Source of the DNA: Malacoraja senta | Taxonomy: Eukaryota | Assembly: GCA_038087875.1 (NCBI GenBank) | Contig: CM075978.1 | Coordinates: 173,476,001 to 173,540,000 of the forward strand | Reading direction: 5' to 3' | DNA: 64,000 nucleotides | Shown here: one piece after another, positions 26,301-38,662 of the stretch | Position numbering within the stretch: position 1 is the first letter of the stretch | Layout of the letters: each line of letters starts with the position of its first letter | Notes under the pieces: generated by a model | The model's input: the letters and a program-made list of their open reading frames with translations, nothing else | Database searches by the model: none | What the model was told of the DNA's origin: nothing | Program-made: the position numbers and the translations under genes

Positions 26301-26500
26301 NNNNNNNNNNNNNNNNNNNNNNNNNNNNNNNNNNNNNNNNNNNNNNNNNNNNNNNNNNNNNNNNNNNNNNNNNNNNNNNNNNNNNNNNNNNNNNNNNNNN
26401 NNNNNNNNNNNNNNNNNNNNNNNNNNNNNNNNNNNNNNNNNNNNNNNNNNNNNNNNNNNNNNNNNNNNNNNNNNNNNNNNNNNNNNNNNNNNNNNNNNNN
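26301..26500. other. Assembly gap (200 N)
   Basis: Run of N. Confidence 1.
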
Positions 26501-27961
26501 TGTTCTCCCTTAGACCGCCTGGGTTTCCACCAAGTGCTCTGGTTTCCTCCACATCCCTAGGACTCCAATGGTGCTTTATTGTCATGCGTGCAAATGCACA
26601 GTGAAATTATCTTATCACATACAGATCTGTAAAGTATTGCCATACCTAGCACAATCCCCCTCAACAAAGTGTGCAGAAATAGTCCATTGAAACTGCATGA
26701 CACCAAGTTTTGGAGCAATTTTCAAAGTCCAGTCCGCGCTCTAGGTCTTATGAGCGGTGCCCAATCCTGGCAAGCCCCATGCTGCTGCAGGACCTCCATC
26801 CATCGCCTTCCTTGGATCGTCGAGCAAACGGACGTCCCTCTCCTTGTTGGTCAACCTTTGTTCCCCTGGGCACCTCCGCAGCTGACCTCGAGTGTGTGGA
26901 AGGCCAGACCCCAGTTCACTCTCCGACCCAGCCTTGCTCTGGACCGGCAGGGTTTGTGGGTTCATTGGCCCTCTGTACAATTGCTCTTGGTGTGTAGGGA
27001 GTGCCTGGTGGGATGGGATGACATTTGGCTAGTGTAAACGGAGGCCGGTGGTCTGCATAGATTCAATGGGCTGAAAGGCCTGTTCCCGTGCTGTATCTAT
27101 CAACCAAAACCTTTATGACTTATGAGGCATGAAGCTGGGGGCATCATCCGTCATCTCAATCGTGCCCAGCACTGCTAGTTTAATCTTGTTGTCTTGCTAC
27201 TTTCACTGTTTGTATCTCTTCATTATCACCTCTTCCACAGCCAACAATGGACTATTTATGGGTTCCACCTTTCTTGAGTCATTGATGCCGGCTTGTTCTG
27301 TCTTTTCATACCACTATTTTCCCTTTCCCCTCTGAAGAAGGATCCCGACGCAAAACATCACATATTCCTTTTCTCCAGAGATGATGCGTGGCCCCCTGAG
27401 TCACTCCAGCAATGTGTGTTTATCTCCAGCATTGCCTAGGGGCCCCAGGTAATCGGTTCCACAGATGACAGCCCGGGGCAGGGTTCCTGGACCAGCACCC
27501 AGTGCGCGACCCTAAATGTCAACTCAGTCATCGAGGAAAATGCACTGTAATAGCTCAGTGCTACTCTCACAATGCCAGGCAAACCCACTATCGCTACCTG
27601 CCAAAAGATGGCGAGAACCCCTCCACACCCCCACAGCACACACCATCCTTACTTGAGAATAATATAAATTGATAGTGCAACTGCGAAAAATATTTACATC
27701 CCATCCAGATCACAAGCTGCGCTCAGCTAACCTACGTGCTTGATCAATGTGTGGACAGCAGCTCAGGCAGCATAGCAGAGAAACACACATCACTACGCCG
27801 ACAGCAGAGAAAGTCAATGATCGTACGAGTGGAAAGAGAAAACCTCAAATGATCCCTTTCCCTTGAAAGCCAAGTTGAGTCAGACACGTCCAACTCGTCC
27901 ATGTCAACCAAGATGCGCTAATTAAGCCAGTCTCATTTGCCTGCATTTACCCATATCCTTT

Positions 27962-29466
27962 AGACTTTAGGGATACAGCGCAAAACAGGCCATTCAGCCC
28001 ACTAAGTCCACACCGACCAGCGTTCCTTCGCTCGTGTGTCAGACGATGTAGCTCACTGTTGGCTTCTATCGTCGTCCAACATGTTGACGGAATTGTCGCC
28101 CAACGCGTCACAGAGTGCATTGCGTCCTCGCTTCCAGGGATCGTCACAAAGAGGCTTCTGTCATGTCACCGACCAACAATCACCCCATACACTAGCACTA
28201 TGCTACACACTAGGGTCAATTTACAATTTATACCAAAGCTAATTAACCTACAAACCTGTACATCTTTGGAATGTGGAAACCAGAGCATCCGGTGATCACC
28301 CACGTTGTCACAAGGAGACTGAGAACAAGCTCCATATAGTAGCAATGTTACAAAATTTTGAGATTTTAAAAATAAAGTCTGCAATTTATATCATCAGATA
28401 AAGCACAAAAAGAAATTTAATTTGACACTTAATTCACTTTCATATCTTCAGTATTAAAAAAGTTATGGCCATTATCATACTCAGAAATTAGCATCTAGTT
28501 CCCTATTGCTTTTCCATTGACTTAACACAAAAGCTGTGATCGAGGACAGTTAAAAGCCCATAACTTTCTTAAAAATTATGATAACTGAAATAATTTTTCA
28601 GTTATTATAGATTGAAGCATTCTGAAACAAATATGAAACAATCTTACTTCGAAGACATGAAAGTAAAGCATATAATTAGTTAGTTACCTAATTGTAGCTA
28701 ATTACAAAATTCAATTACTAGACTAAACATCTATCAATTTCTTAAGAATAGATTAACATTTTTAAATAGCCTGTGTCCAAATAACATTCACACAATAATT
28801 CACAATATAACATAATTTTTAAATCTAATTTTCATGAATTTACAGGCCAAATGGAAGGAATTGAATGTTTAATACCTGTAAATTAATGGGGATTTAAATC
28901 ATCTTGTGAGTGAGGATTTCTGGAACGCGATCTTTTGGAACTTTCATTTGTGATGAATTTAACCCCGTATTGGCATGAAAAATACTGCCGTTAATTCGGG
29001 GAATAAAATCACCGTGTCGCATGAAAAAATGTGAATTAAAGGCTTCTTAAGAAGCACTTTTATACATTTAAAGAAACCACTTTCGTTTACCTGTCCCGTG
29101 TGCGAAATCCGTCCCCGTTATCGGCGTTGACGCTTCAGGAGCTGCTTTTAAAATTACTCTAGCGCTGACATTGACGATTTAATAAAAATAAAAAATTCAC
29201 AAAACGCCACTAGGAACGATTTGCCAGCCAAGGCGTGTACTCCAACAAAATATTAAACAGGACAAGGGAGGAGAAACCCCCGTTTTAACCCCGCCCCCCC
29301 TTAAAGGCGCCAAAATCGCGCACACGGCCAGTGGCAGAATTACAGCGCGACTGAAGGTAAGTTTTGTAACACACCTACATATAGAAAGCATCCATAGTGT
29401 CAGGATTGAACCTGGATCTCTGGTGCTGTGAGGCAGCAACTCTACTGCTATGCCACTGTGCTGCCC
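27962..29466 (-). mobile_element. V-SINE interrupted by two insertions
   Basis: SINE tail and body at 27962-28339 and head at 29385-29466, split by inserts at 28022-28166 and 28340-29377. Confidence 0.8.
28340..29377 (-). mobile_element. Non-autonomous DNA transposon, hATw-like, copy 1 (1038 bp)
   Basis: Termini TAGCAATGTTACAAAA / TTTTGTAACACACCTA; TSD CATATAG at 28333-28339 and 29378-29384; reverse-complement homolog of 51293-52330. Confidence 0.88.
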
Positions 29467-29625
29467 ATTATTTGAAAGGGCCCTAAACATCAGGAGAAAC
29501 CTTTACTATACACGTACCTGTCCAGAGTATCCAATGAGAGTGGTGTGGGCTGTTTCTACGTAGTATAAACGTTGATATAATTTGGCAGCCTGCAGTCCAC
29601 ATGCCATCAATTTTTCTCCTCTTAC

Positions 29626-29663
29626 CTGAAAATCCCACTAAAATTAGTTCACAAATATTTGCC
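29626..29663 (-). other. Candidate 38-nt internal (likely 5'-UTR) exon of the minus-strand gene
   Basis: Minus strand ttctttttggcag|GGCAAATATTTG...GGATTTTCAG|gtaagag: good acceptor and consensus donor in non-repeat DNA. Confidence 0.35.
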
Positions 29664-32600
29664 CTGCCAAAAAGAAATGGCAACTCAGCTCCACAGGAAA
29701 CGCAATCACAAGCAGGAAAAACAAACACAAGCAGGCAGCAGAGGCCTTGACTTGCCGTGTAGCGGGCTTGGAGACAGAGGTGCTTTAACCCAACAGGAGG
29801 ATGCTGCGACACAGGAGCTCTGTAAAAATACTCTTGCACTTCACTCTCTCACGCCACAGGCAGGAGGAGAACCACCCACATCAACATTTATTAGTAGCTG
29901 TGACAATCCAAGAGGTTCCCTTACGGGTGGTCACGGGTCAGTGTTAAAATAAGCAGAGGGCTGGGAAGGAAAGAGCTGCAGCCAAGCTATACTTTGCTTT
30001 GTTAATATTTGGCACCACAAAATTCAATGCTCATCATTTATCATTCGAAGGCGACTAAAGTGGATCGGCATGTGTGCTACTCAGCAATGTGGAAATCCAC
30101 TCCACAAAGCAGCTTTTCACATCTTTGTCCACGGCTCAATCGGTGTTAAAGCCAACAACCAGATGCCCACAATGGTAGAGGGCAGACTCGACAACCAGGG
30201 AGCTGGAGGGTGGGGGGGGGGGGGGGGGGGAGAAGCAGGTTTTGTGCAACTGGACTGTTAAGAGTTCTCCCGCATTGATGCAACACTGTTAAAACATAGA
30301 AGACTACAACACAGGAGCAGGCCTTTCTGCCCACACAACCTGCGCTCAAAAGTCACAGGCGCAGAATTAGGCCACTCAGCCCATCGAAGCTACTCCGACC
30401 CATAACCTTTGACACCCTTACCAATGAAGAATCTGTCAATTTCTGCCTTAAAAATACCTAATGACTTGGCCTCCACAGCCTTCTGTGGCAATGAATTCAC
30501 CACCCTAAAAAAATGTATCATCTTCTGAACTGGACCATCCTATCACCAGCTAGAAAATGGTCCTGAGCTACTATCTACCTCATTTGAAACTCAGACTACC
30601 TTTAATCGGAGTTTACCTTGCTTGCACTAAACGTCATTCCTTTTACCTTGTACAACAATACTGCCCACAGCTCGATTGTAATCATGTATATTCTTTCCGC
30701 TGACTCTTAAGACTTAGCCCACAACAAAAAAGCTTTTCACTGTACCTCGGTGCACATGACAATAAACTAAACTAAAATGCTGCCCAAACTGCTGAGTTTG
30801 TTTCCCCCAAACCTGCAAATGTGATTTTCATTATACGAGGGAGGATGGAACTGGAAGAAAGTAGAAAAGTCGACAGGTAATAAGTCTGGAGGGCATCAGA
30901 AGCAGAAACAGAAGGCAGGGCAAGTTGAAAACAAACGCATTTTAAAATCTAGGTCTTGGGTTTTAAACTCCAGCAGTGAATAGGGTCACCTGGATCAGGT
31001 GCGCTCCAGTACATCCAGTATGAACACCGGACTTGAGTTTTTCTTTTCCTAAACAGCACCAAAATATAGCGATGGGTGCAAGAATTTCACTGTGCAGTGA
31101 ATATGTGACAATATGTAACCAATGAATCATCCAGACAAGAGAGACTGCAGATAGATGCTGGAATCTTGAGCAAAAGGTGCTGAAGGAACTCAGCACGTCA
31201 GACAGCATCTGTGGTGGGAAATGGATAGTCAGCATTTCAGGTCAGGGCCCTTCTACCTTCACAGGGCGATGGGCTCGGCATGAAACACCGGTGTCTATTC
31301 CCACCATAGATGCTGACTGACCCGCCGTTTCTCCAGCATTGTGTTTTTTGCTCAAGTATCTAAATCCCCTTGACTGCAGGTATATTCACTGACAGTGCAC
31401 TGCATATTCTGCACAGACATCCCACATTGTGTCTGTTGACGGAATGTGTCCTGGAGCCTGAGAACAAAAACCAATGTGAGTCAGAGATGCGAGACTTAAA
31501 CTGTAACAGGAACAGTCTGGAGCCCAGACATCACACGGTGCCAGCGGTCGAGATATATACCACATGGACAATGTGAATACAGAATCCAAATTTAAAAAGT
31601 CTGTTGTGATTGTTTGTATTAAGTGTGTGAAAAATGATTACAACGACTGCAGACCCAATCTCCAATGAACTGGGATACCGCAACATTGTGGAGATATTTG
31701 GGAAACTTTAGCAAAAGTGTAAACTGATGTTTACGTATTTTCTAAAAAAAAGTGATGAGGGAAGATATTCTTTAACAGACAGGAGAGAAAGGATTGGATC
31801 TTTTCAACCGTTGGGGGAAAAAGTCAGAGAGCCCGAACATGATAGAACTCAGCATAGGCTTCACATCAAAGTCTACAGATGCAACTTCCAAAACCCAAGG
31901 CAAGAACAAGGCAAGCTTATTGACAATATCTTAGAAACAATACCAGTAAATTCAAATTAAAAACAAAACCTCTAAGTGCTGGAGGAACTCAGCAGGTCAG
32001 GCTGCATCTGTGGAGGGAATGGACAGGTGACCCTTCCTAAAATAGCAGACATCAATCAAAAAAAGACATAGTGCTGGAGCAACTCAGGTGGTCAGGCAGC
32101 GTTTCAGGAGAACATGGATCGGTGACGTTTCAGGTCGTAAACCAGGATCTGTAGTTTCTTGTTTCTTGCAGACATCAGTCATGGGACATTAGTCTGAAGG
32201 GTCCCAGCCTGAAACATCTGCCCATTTCAACAATTCAATGATGCATTATTGTCACATGTGCAAAGTACAAACACAGTGACATTCTTTTCTCACAAAATGT
32301 CCAGTAGAGCATACCATCCCTGGTTAGCAATTGTACAAAAATAGTCCACTGAGCCCACATGCAGGAGGCATCACGTTTTACTGCCATTTTCCATCCACAG
32401 ATGCTGCCTGACCCGTTGAATTCCTCCAGCATTTTGTTTTTTGTTCAGGATTCCAGTATGTGCAGCCTCTTGTGTCTCCAGTGCAAATTAAAAGATTAGT
32501 GGACCAACACAGCACACAGCGCTCTATAGCAAAAGGCTATAGAAAGAGGTAGCGCAGAGGAGGTGTAAACAGAAGATGCTGACCACTCAAACAGCCCTCC

Positions 32601-33144
32601 CCCAGATCAGTCCCGGGAGAGGAGGCAGTGTTGACGTGGTTGGACATCAGAAACAAAAGAATAAAAGTCAAAGTGAAAGGCAGCGATGCACAATCTGCAG
32701 ACGACCACACGAGTGAGTTCTCAGAAACGAATGCATCACAGGGAGATTCAACGGCAGATTTTGTTGCAGGTTCAAACATCGGGAGATGACGTGCAACTCA
32801 TAGCGGTAGGGGTGAGAGGAATACAGAAGGCAAAGTATGCCATGGTCAATGATTGTCTGAGGGGAAACACGTGTCTGGACTTTGGTGAACAAGAAACTTG
32901 GATAAATGCAATATATGAAGGCAAGCATATCATATTCCCCCTTTACCACTGTCACGGAGTGATGGCCTTGGACCATACTCTCAAATGTCACGTCGAATTT
33001 TGAAAAAAGCGTTCTCTCCTCTCAAAATGACTGCTCAGTAACTCTCTCCTCCACTTGTGAAGATTAAAAAGCAATCTCCTCATGACAATGTAGCACTGTC
33101 GTCCATGTTGCACATGCAACAGCCGAGTTACATAGTCAAGTTGT

Positions 33145-33299
33145 GTGTGAAGGAACTGCAAATGCTGGTTTACTCCAAAGATAGACACAAAAAGCTGGAG
33201 TAACTCAGCGGGTCAGGCAGCATCTCTGGAGAAAAGGTGTAGGTGATGTTTTAGGTCGGAACCCTTCTTTCGGGTCGAGTTACTCCAGCACAGTGTGTC
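33145..33299. mobile_element. Penelope-derived mini-element with 16-bp TSD
   Basis: tacatagtcaagttgt at 33129-33144 and 33300-33315. Confidence 0.85.
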
Positions 33300-34111
33300 T
33301 ACATAGTCAAGTTGTCTTAGTGCTGCTTCAACCCACAAACACTAATAAGGCTTTGATTCAAAGAGCCACAACCGACCAACTGTTCCGCAGAATGACACCA
33401 AAAGGAAAGGAAGATTAACTGTGGCTTCCACCACCACACATGGCTTGTGGTGACAGCAACTTGCTTGAGGAACAGGTGGCTTCAAATCTCTGGTTTGCAA
33501 AACTCTTCATAACTGGGGGTTTTCCACTTCACCAATAGAGACGATGGCTTTGATTGACTGTGGGATCTCAGGATTACCGTAAATATAGGTGGTCAACAAA
33601 GCCACCCGTTACATTTCAACACGGCCCATGTTCTTCATAAAATTACTTCTGTTAATGAGTGGTGGGGGCAGGCAAAGACAATTAGACCACTGTAGAAGGC
33701 TCCAGGTGTTGACTACATCCACAATTCATAACTTTAAGAGAGAGACACGCACACAGGAAATGGAAGATGCTAGAATTTTGAGCAAAATTCAAAGTAATGG
33801 AGGAACTCGGCAGATGAGTCAGATGGACAGACATAGTTTTGTGTCAGGAACCGTCTACTAGCTGAGTCCTGATGTGAAATTACAGTCAAACTCTCCAATC
33901 CTCGGTTTCAGCAATTCTGTATAATGGTGCTGACAAAGCTGTGAACTAAATGTGGGAATCTAGGGACCTACAGTAATTAAAAAAACACCTGAATCTCAGA
34001 AGGTTAAAAAAAAATCATTGTGATTAGATGTAATTCTACGAGTGTATTCAGTCATTGGGGCTAGTCATATTGTCTATTCTAGATCAAAGGGAAAGTCAAC
34101 CTACACTATTT

Positions 34112-34328
34112 GTGTAAGAAGGAACCAGATGCTGGTTTAAACCGAAGATAGACACAAAAAGCTGGATCAACTCAGCGGGACAGGCAACATCTCTAGACAG
34201 GAATGGGTGACGTTTCGGGTCGAGACCCTTCTTCACCCGAAACAAAACCTCATCCCGAAATGTCACCCATTCCTTCTCTCCAGAGATGCTGCCTGTCCCG
34301 CTGAGTTATTCCAGCTTTTTGTTTCTAT
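34112..34328. mobile_element. Penelope-derived fold-back mini-element with 12-bp TSD
   Basis: cctacactattt at 34100-34111 and 34329-34340; hammerhead-like core on the minus strand at about 34209-34236. Confidence 0.85.
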
Positions 34329-35579
34329 CCTACACTATTTAAACAGCAAACTACCCAGGCAGCCAAGCATCAAGGGAGTGTTGCATTAATACAGGTGCTG
34401 CTACAGCTACAGAGATGCATCTTAATGTTTAAATAAAGATGCTAGATTTTAGCCTACAAAACAAGTTGACTAAAAGTACCTGACAAGGCAGGCAGTTAAT
34501 CTCCCTCAGAGGGAAGGGCCGATCTATTTGCCCACGGATCAGTCAACATTCTCCAAAAATACATTTGAATGAAGCTATGAGATGTTTCAAGTACATTGTA
34601 CGTGTTGCTGAATATCAACTGCGTTTCTGCTTAATATTCAACAGACTCTGTCTGTATTCACAGCATCATCCACCCTTGGGCAGAAGCTCACGGCAGCAAT
34701 TTACCACAGGGTTAATCTGCAATGCTGGATAAACCATGCAATGTTAGGTCAAGTACAAGGCAACAAAGAGCTCACAGAATGTTAATCCAATGACATTTTC
34801 TCCAGCTCCCTACCTTCTCTCTGTATCCAAGTTCTACCAAACTGCCCACCAGTATTCCACATAAAGCAGTCACATTCCAGCTTGATTACATGAGGAACAA
34901 TCCTTTACGTTGCCTGAAGAACCTCAAGCTCAGAACAACGATCATTGACGAAAGAAGTTGAAGCAACCCCAGGCAAAACTCAAAATAGCATGTGGTTAGG
35001 ATCTGGAATTCCCAGTAGTTGCCATGAGGTGTTGTTGTGGAGACAAAAATATTCATTGAACATAGTTCAGTGCAGCATAGAAACAGGCCCTTCAGCCCAC
35101 TATGTCTATGCCAACCATGATGCCAATCTAAACTCATCCCATCTGCCTGCACATGATCCATATGATAGTCCAGACAAAAAGATGGGGGGCGGCAGTCACA
35201 ATAGACTCAAACGGTTCTTTGAACAGGATTGTTAATAGTTACTACTTATCTGTGAAAGGATTTAAAACTGCGGCATTTAAAGATACAGGCATTAAATCTA
35301 TGTATTCTAAGTACTAACAACCATTCTGGAAGAGTAAGTACATTCACGTTTTCCAATTTATACATGGGGCTGAGAGGGACGGTGGGAAAGGCGGTGGGGC
35401 TGGAAATGGAGAAAAGGCAAAGAAGAAACTCAGTAAAACTAAGCGGCAACACTACATTTTGCAACTTATTTAGCTCCTTTTCACCAGTGAAATAAATTCC
35501 ACACATTTTTCTTAAATGATGGGCATCTTATCAGGTTTCATTCAACCAACTGCACAAACCCTTACTAAGGAAGTTCACC

Positions 35580-36350
35580 ATGCTTCAGACAACCTCTACA
35601 ACTTCTACATATACTGTACAACAGAAAGCATCCTATCGGGATGTAACACGTTGGTTTGCGAACAGCTCTGCCCAAGACCAGAAATTGCAGAGAGTTGCGA
35701 TGAAGCCCTGTCTATCGCACAGACCAGATTCCCCATCATCGAGTCCATCTACACCACGCTGCCTCAGGAAAGCAGAATCAAGGACTTTTTCCAACCCAGT
35801 CATTCCCTCATCTCCCCACTCCCATCAGACAGAAAATATAAAAGCTTAAAATTCAGGATCAGCTTCTTCCTCACTTATCAGACTACTGAATGGTCCTCTC
35901 ATGAGCTAGGGTGTAGTCCTGATCTTCTAACTACCTTCATTGCAGACTCTGGACTTTCTCTAACTGTAACACTATAGTAACATTATATTCTACACTCTGG
36001 TATGTTTCTTAGTGCACTACCTGTTGTACTTGTGTATAGCTTGATTGCACTCATGTATTGTATTATCTGATTATCTCTCCCATCAGGCAAAAGGTAAAGG
36101 AAGTAAGAAAACGCATACCTCCAGATTCAGGGACAGTTTCTTCCCAGCTGTTATCACCCAATTGATTCATCCTATCACCAACGAGGGTGCAGTCCTGCCC
36201 GACCATCTACCTCATTGGAGACCCTCAGACTATCCTTAATCGGACGTTACTGGACTTTATCTTGCACTAATCTCATTATCCTGTATCTATACACTGTGGG
36301 CGACTTGATTGCAATCATGTACAGTCTTTCAGCTGAATGGATAGCACGCA
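35580..36350 (+). mobile_element. Rex-Babar LINE 3' fragments (two tandem pieces)
   Basis: LYNFY...CTTESILSGC and THTSRFRDSFFPAVI remnants with UTRs. Confidence 0.75.
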
Positions 36351-38446
36351 GTACCAAAGCTCAATCTATAGTCAAGAGCTACAAACAAAACCTTAAGCTT
36401 TCAATTTTAAACTCACCGGTTAGGAATTTTAAAAATCGACACCTTGCCAGTGTTTAAGTAGCATAAATCAGGAGCATTTGCTCAAAGGCTGTGACAATCT
36501 AACCACTTCACAACACTTTCTCCCAGTAGGCTACGGTGCAGGATCAAGTGTTGGCTTCTACAAGCAGGAGCACTAACAGAGAGCGGGTTGACAGACTATA
36601 GACCAGCCATCGGTTCACCTCAAGCCAGGCACTAGTTTCACTTGTCACAGGAGCCTCCTTGACAACAAATCATTATTTAAACACTTCCCTAACACAACAA
36701 CCAACATGGAGAATACAAGCTCAAAGATCAAAGAGCCAGTGTGACCCGGAAGGGACTTAACCTAGACAAGTTACAACGGGTATTTTTTATTTACATCGAG
36801 GGATCGTCACCCAATTATCCTTTTGTTTGTTGTTTACATATCTGGTTTCCTTCAAAATCATAGATTTTCAGTCTCATAGCCCCATCTCCAGAGAGAGTTC
36901 TTTCAGTAATTCAGCAAGATTAACCAGCTAGACTTTTGGAGCAGAACCCATCTCCCATCCTCCGATGAATTCATTGACCTCAGCTGTTAGGAATGCTGCG
37001 ACAAGACAATCAGGACGTGATTTTTTTAAATCCCAAGCTGCTCCTGCTGTTCACAAACTACTGGATGCGTACAGTAATGGTCAATGCCACTAAATCACCC
37101 ACTTGGCCACGATAAAGAAGGACATAGGAACTGACACAGCATTGCAGACCATTCAGTCAAATCCAGCCGTGTATTATCATCTACACAAGTACATGGTAGC
37201 GGTACAATAAAAACCTTGCGCACAGCACCATCACAAGCACACACCCAGACAAGCACACAAATATAAATCACGCATATATTTTTCATAAACTACAAATTCT
37301 GCAAGACTGTAAAAAAAGACAAAAAGCATACAAAACATTAGTGCAAAATGCAAATGGGGAAAAAATATTTTCTTGCTGCTATCGTTGGGCAGGAGGTACA
37401 GGAGCCTAAAGTCCCACACAACCAGGTTCAGGAACAGCTTCTTTCCTGCAACCATCTGGTTCCTGAACCGACCTGCACAACCCTAATCCCACCTCAGCAA
37501 CGGAACACTACGGACCACCTCTTGCTCTACCATGGACATGTTTTCTAATGATGTATATTTGCACTCATTTCTCATTTTCTTTACACTGCCTTGCACAACT
37601 TGTGCCCGATTTATGTCTTTGTGCGCGCCTGTCTCTATGCCCGCGATGATGCAAGAAAGATTTTCACTGTACCTGCACCTCACTGTACTTGAACATAGGA
37701 CAATAATCATGACCCGACTGTTGTGCCACTGTGCCACCACCGTTGCACTGGGAATCTAAAAAAGACACCAAGTGCTGGAGTAACTCTGCGAGTCAAGCAG
37801 CATCTCTGGAGAACACGGATAGATGACGTTTTAGGTCAGGACCCTTCTTCAGACTTAGGTGAAGTTTCATGTCAGGGGTCCACTCACTCAGTTACAACAC
37901 CCCTCTGAACGCACAGCCCTCTGCTCACTCAGTTAAAAGCTCTCAGCACTGGGAGTGTAACAGTAAAGGTATCGAGGAAACAGGCACATAACTCAATCAA
38001 AGAAACAGCTCTAGTCTCAGGAGCATGAGATTCCAATGTTATCACCACCATTCAATTCCTTAATCTTGATTAAAGGCCACCGATCTGTGATGTTAACACT
38101 ATCAGAGGGTATCTCATCAAATGTTTATTATTTATATAACCAGCACTGCAAAGGTCAAACAATCTAGATAAACCTATGCCTTGCCTGTCAATCAGTGCTG
38201 TTATTCAACTAAATGACTGATACATTGGGCAGGATCAAGGCAATAGATCTTTCCTTCAAAGGCTATTCCTATTGATCACTGGTAACAGAGAGGGAGAGGG
38301 CTTCAAGAAACAGTTCTATACAGTGAGCCTTGGTTACATCACATTAAAGTGACCAAAACAACAATATTTGTAGAAGACAGCTGGGACAGTGGAGCAATGG
38401 GATTCATTTTACAATGCCCCACATAGTCCCATCAGACCAGACCAGT

Positions 38447-38662
38447 CCTGTCTGTAGGGAGTTTGCACCTTCTCCCCGTGACCTGTGTGGGTTTTCTCCG
38501 GTTTCCTCCCACACTCCAAAGACGTGCAGGTTTATAGGTTAATTGGCTTCTGTAAACTGTTCTAGTGTGTAGGATAGAACTAGTGTATGGGCGATCTTTG
38601 GGTCGATTTGGACTTGGCGGGCCGAAGGGCCTGTTTCCACACTGTATCTTTAAACTAAAGTA
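38447..38662 (+). mobile_element. V-SINE, 5'-truncated
   Basis: V-domain and ctttaaactaaa tail. Confidence 0.8.

Noticed and set aside
26254-26604. ORFs spanning the N run
   Set aside because: Artefacts of the assembly gap.
28340-29377. Assignment of the TAG...CTA family to Academ
   Set aside because: The termini fit, but the observed 7-bp (or 5-bp) duplication matches neither the 3-4 bp nor the 9-10 bp Academ TSDs.
32500-33130. Unique-looking segment with 66-107 aa ORFs on both strands (possible exon or viral insert)
   Set aside because: No recognisable motif or convincing splice pair; left unannotated, and BLASTx would settle it.
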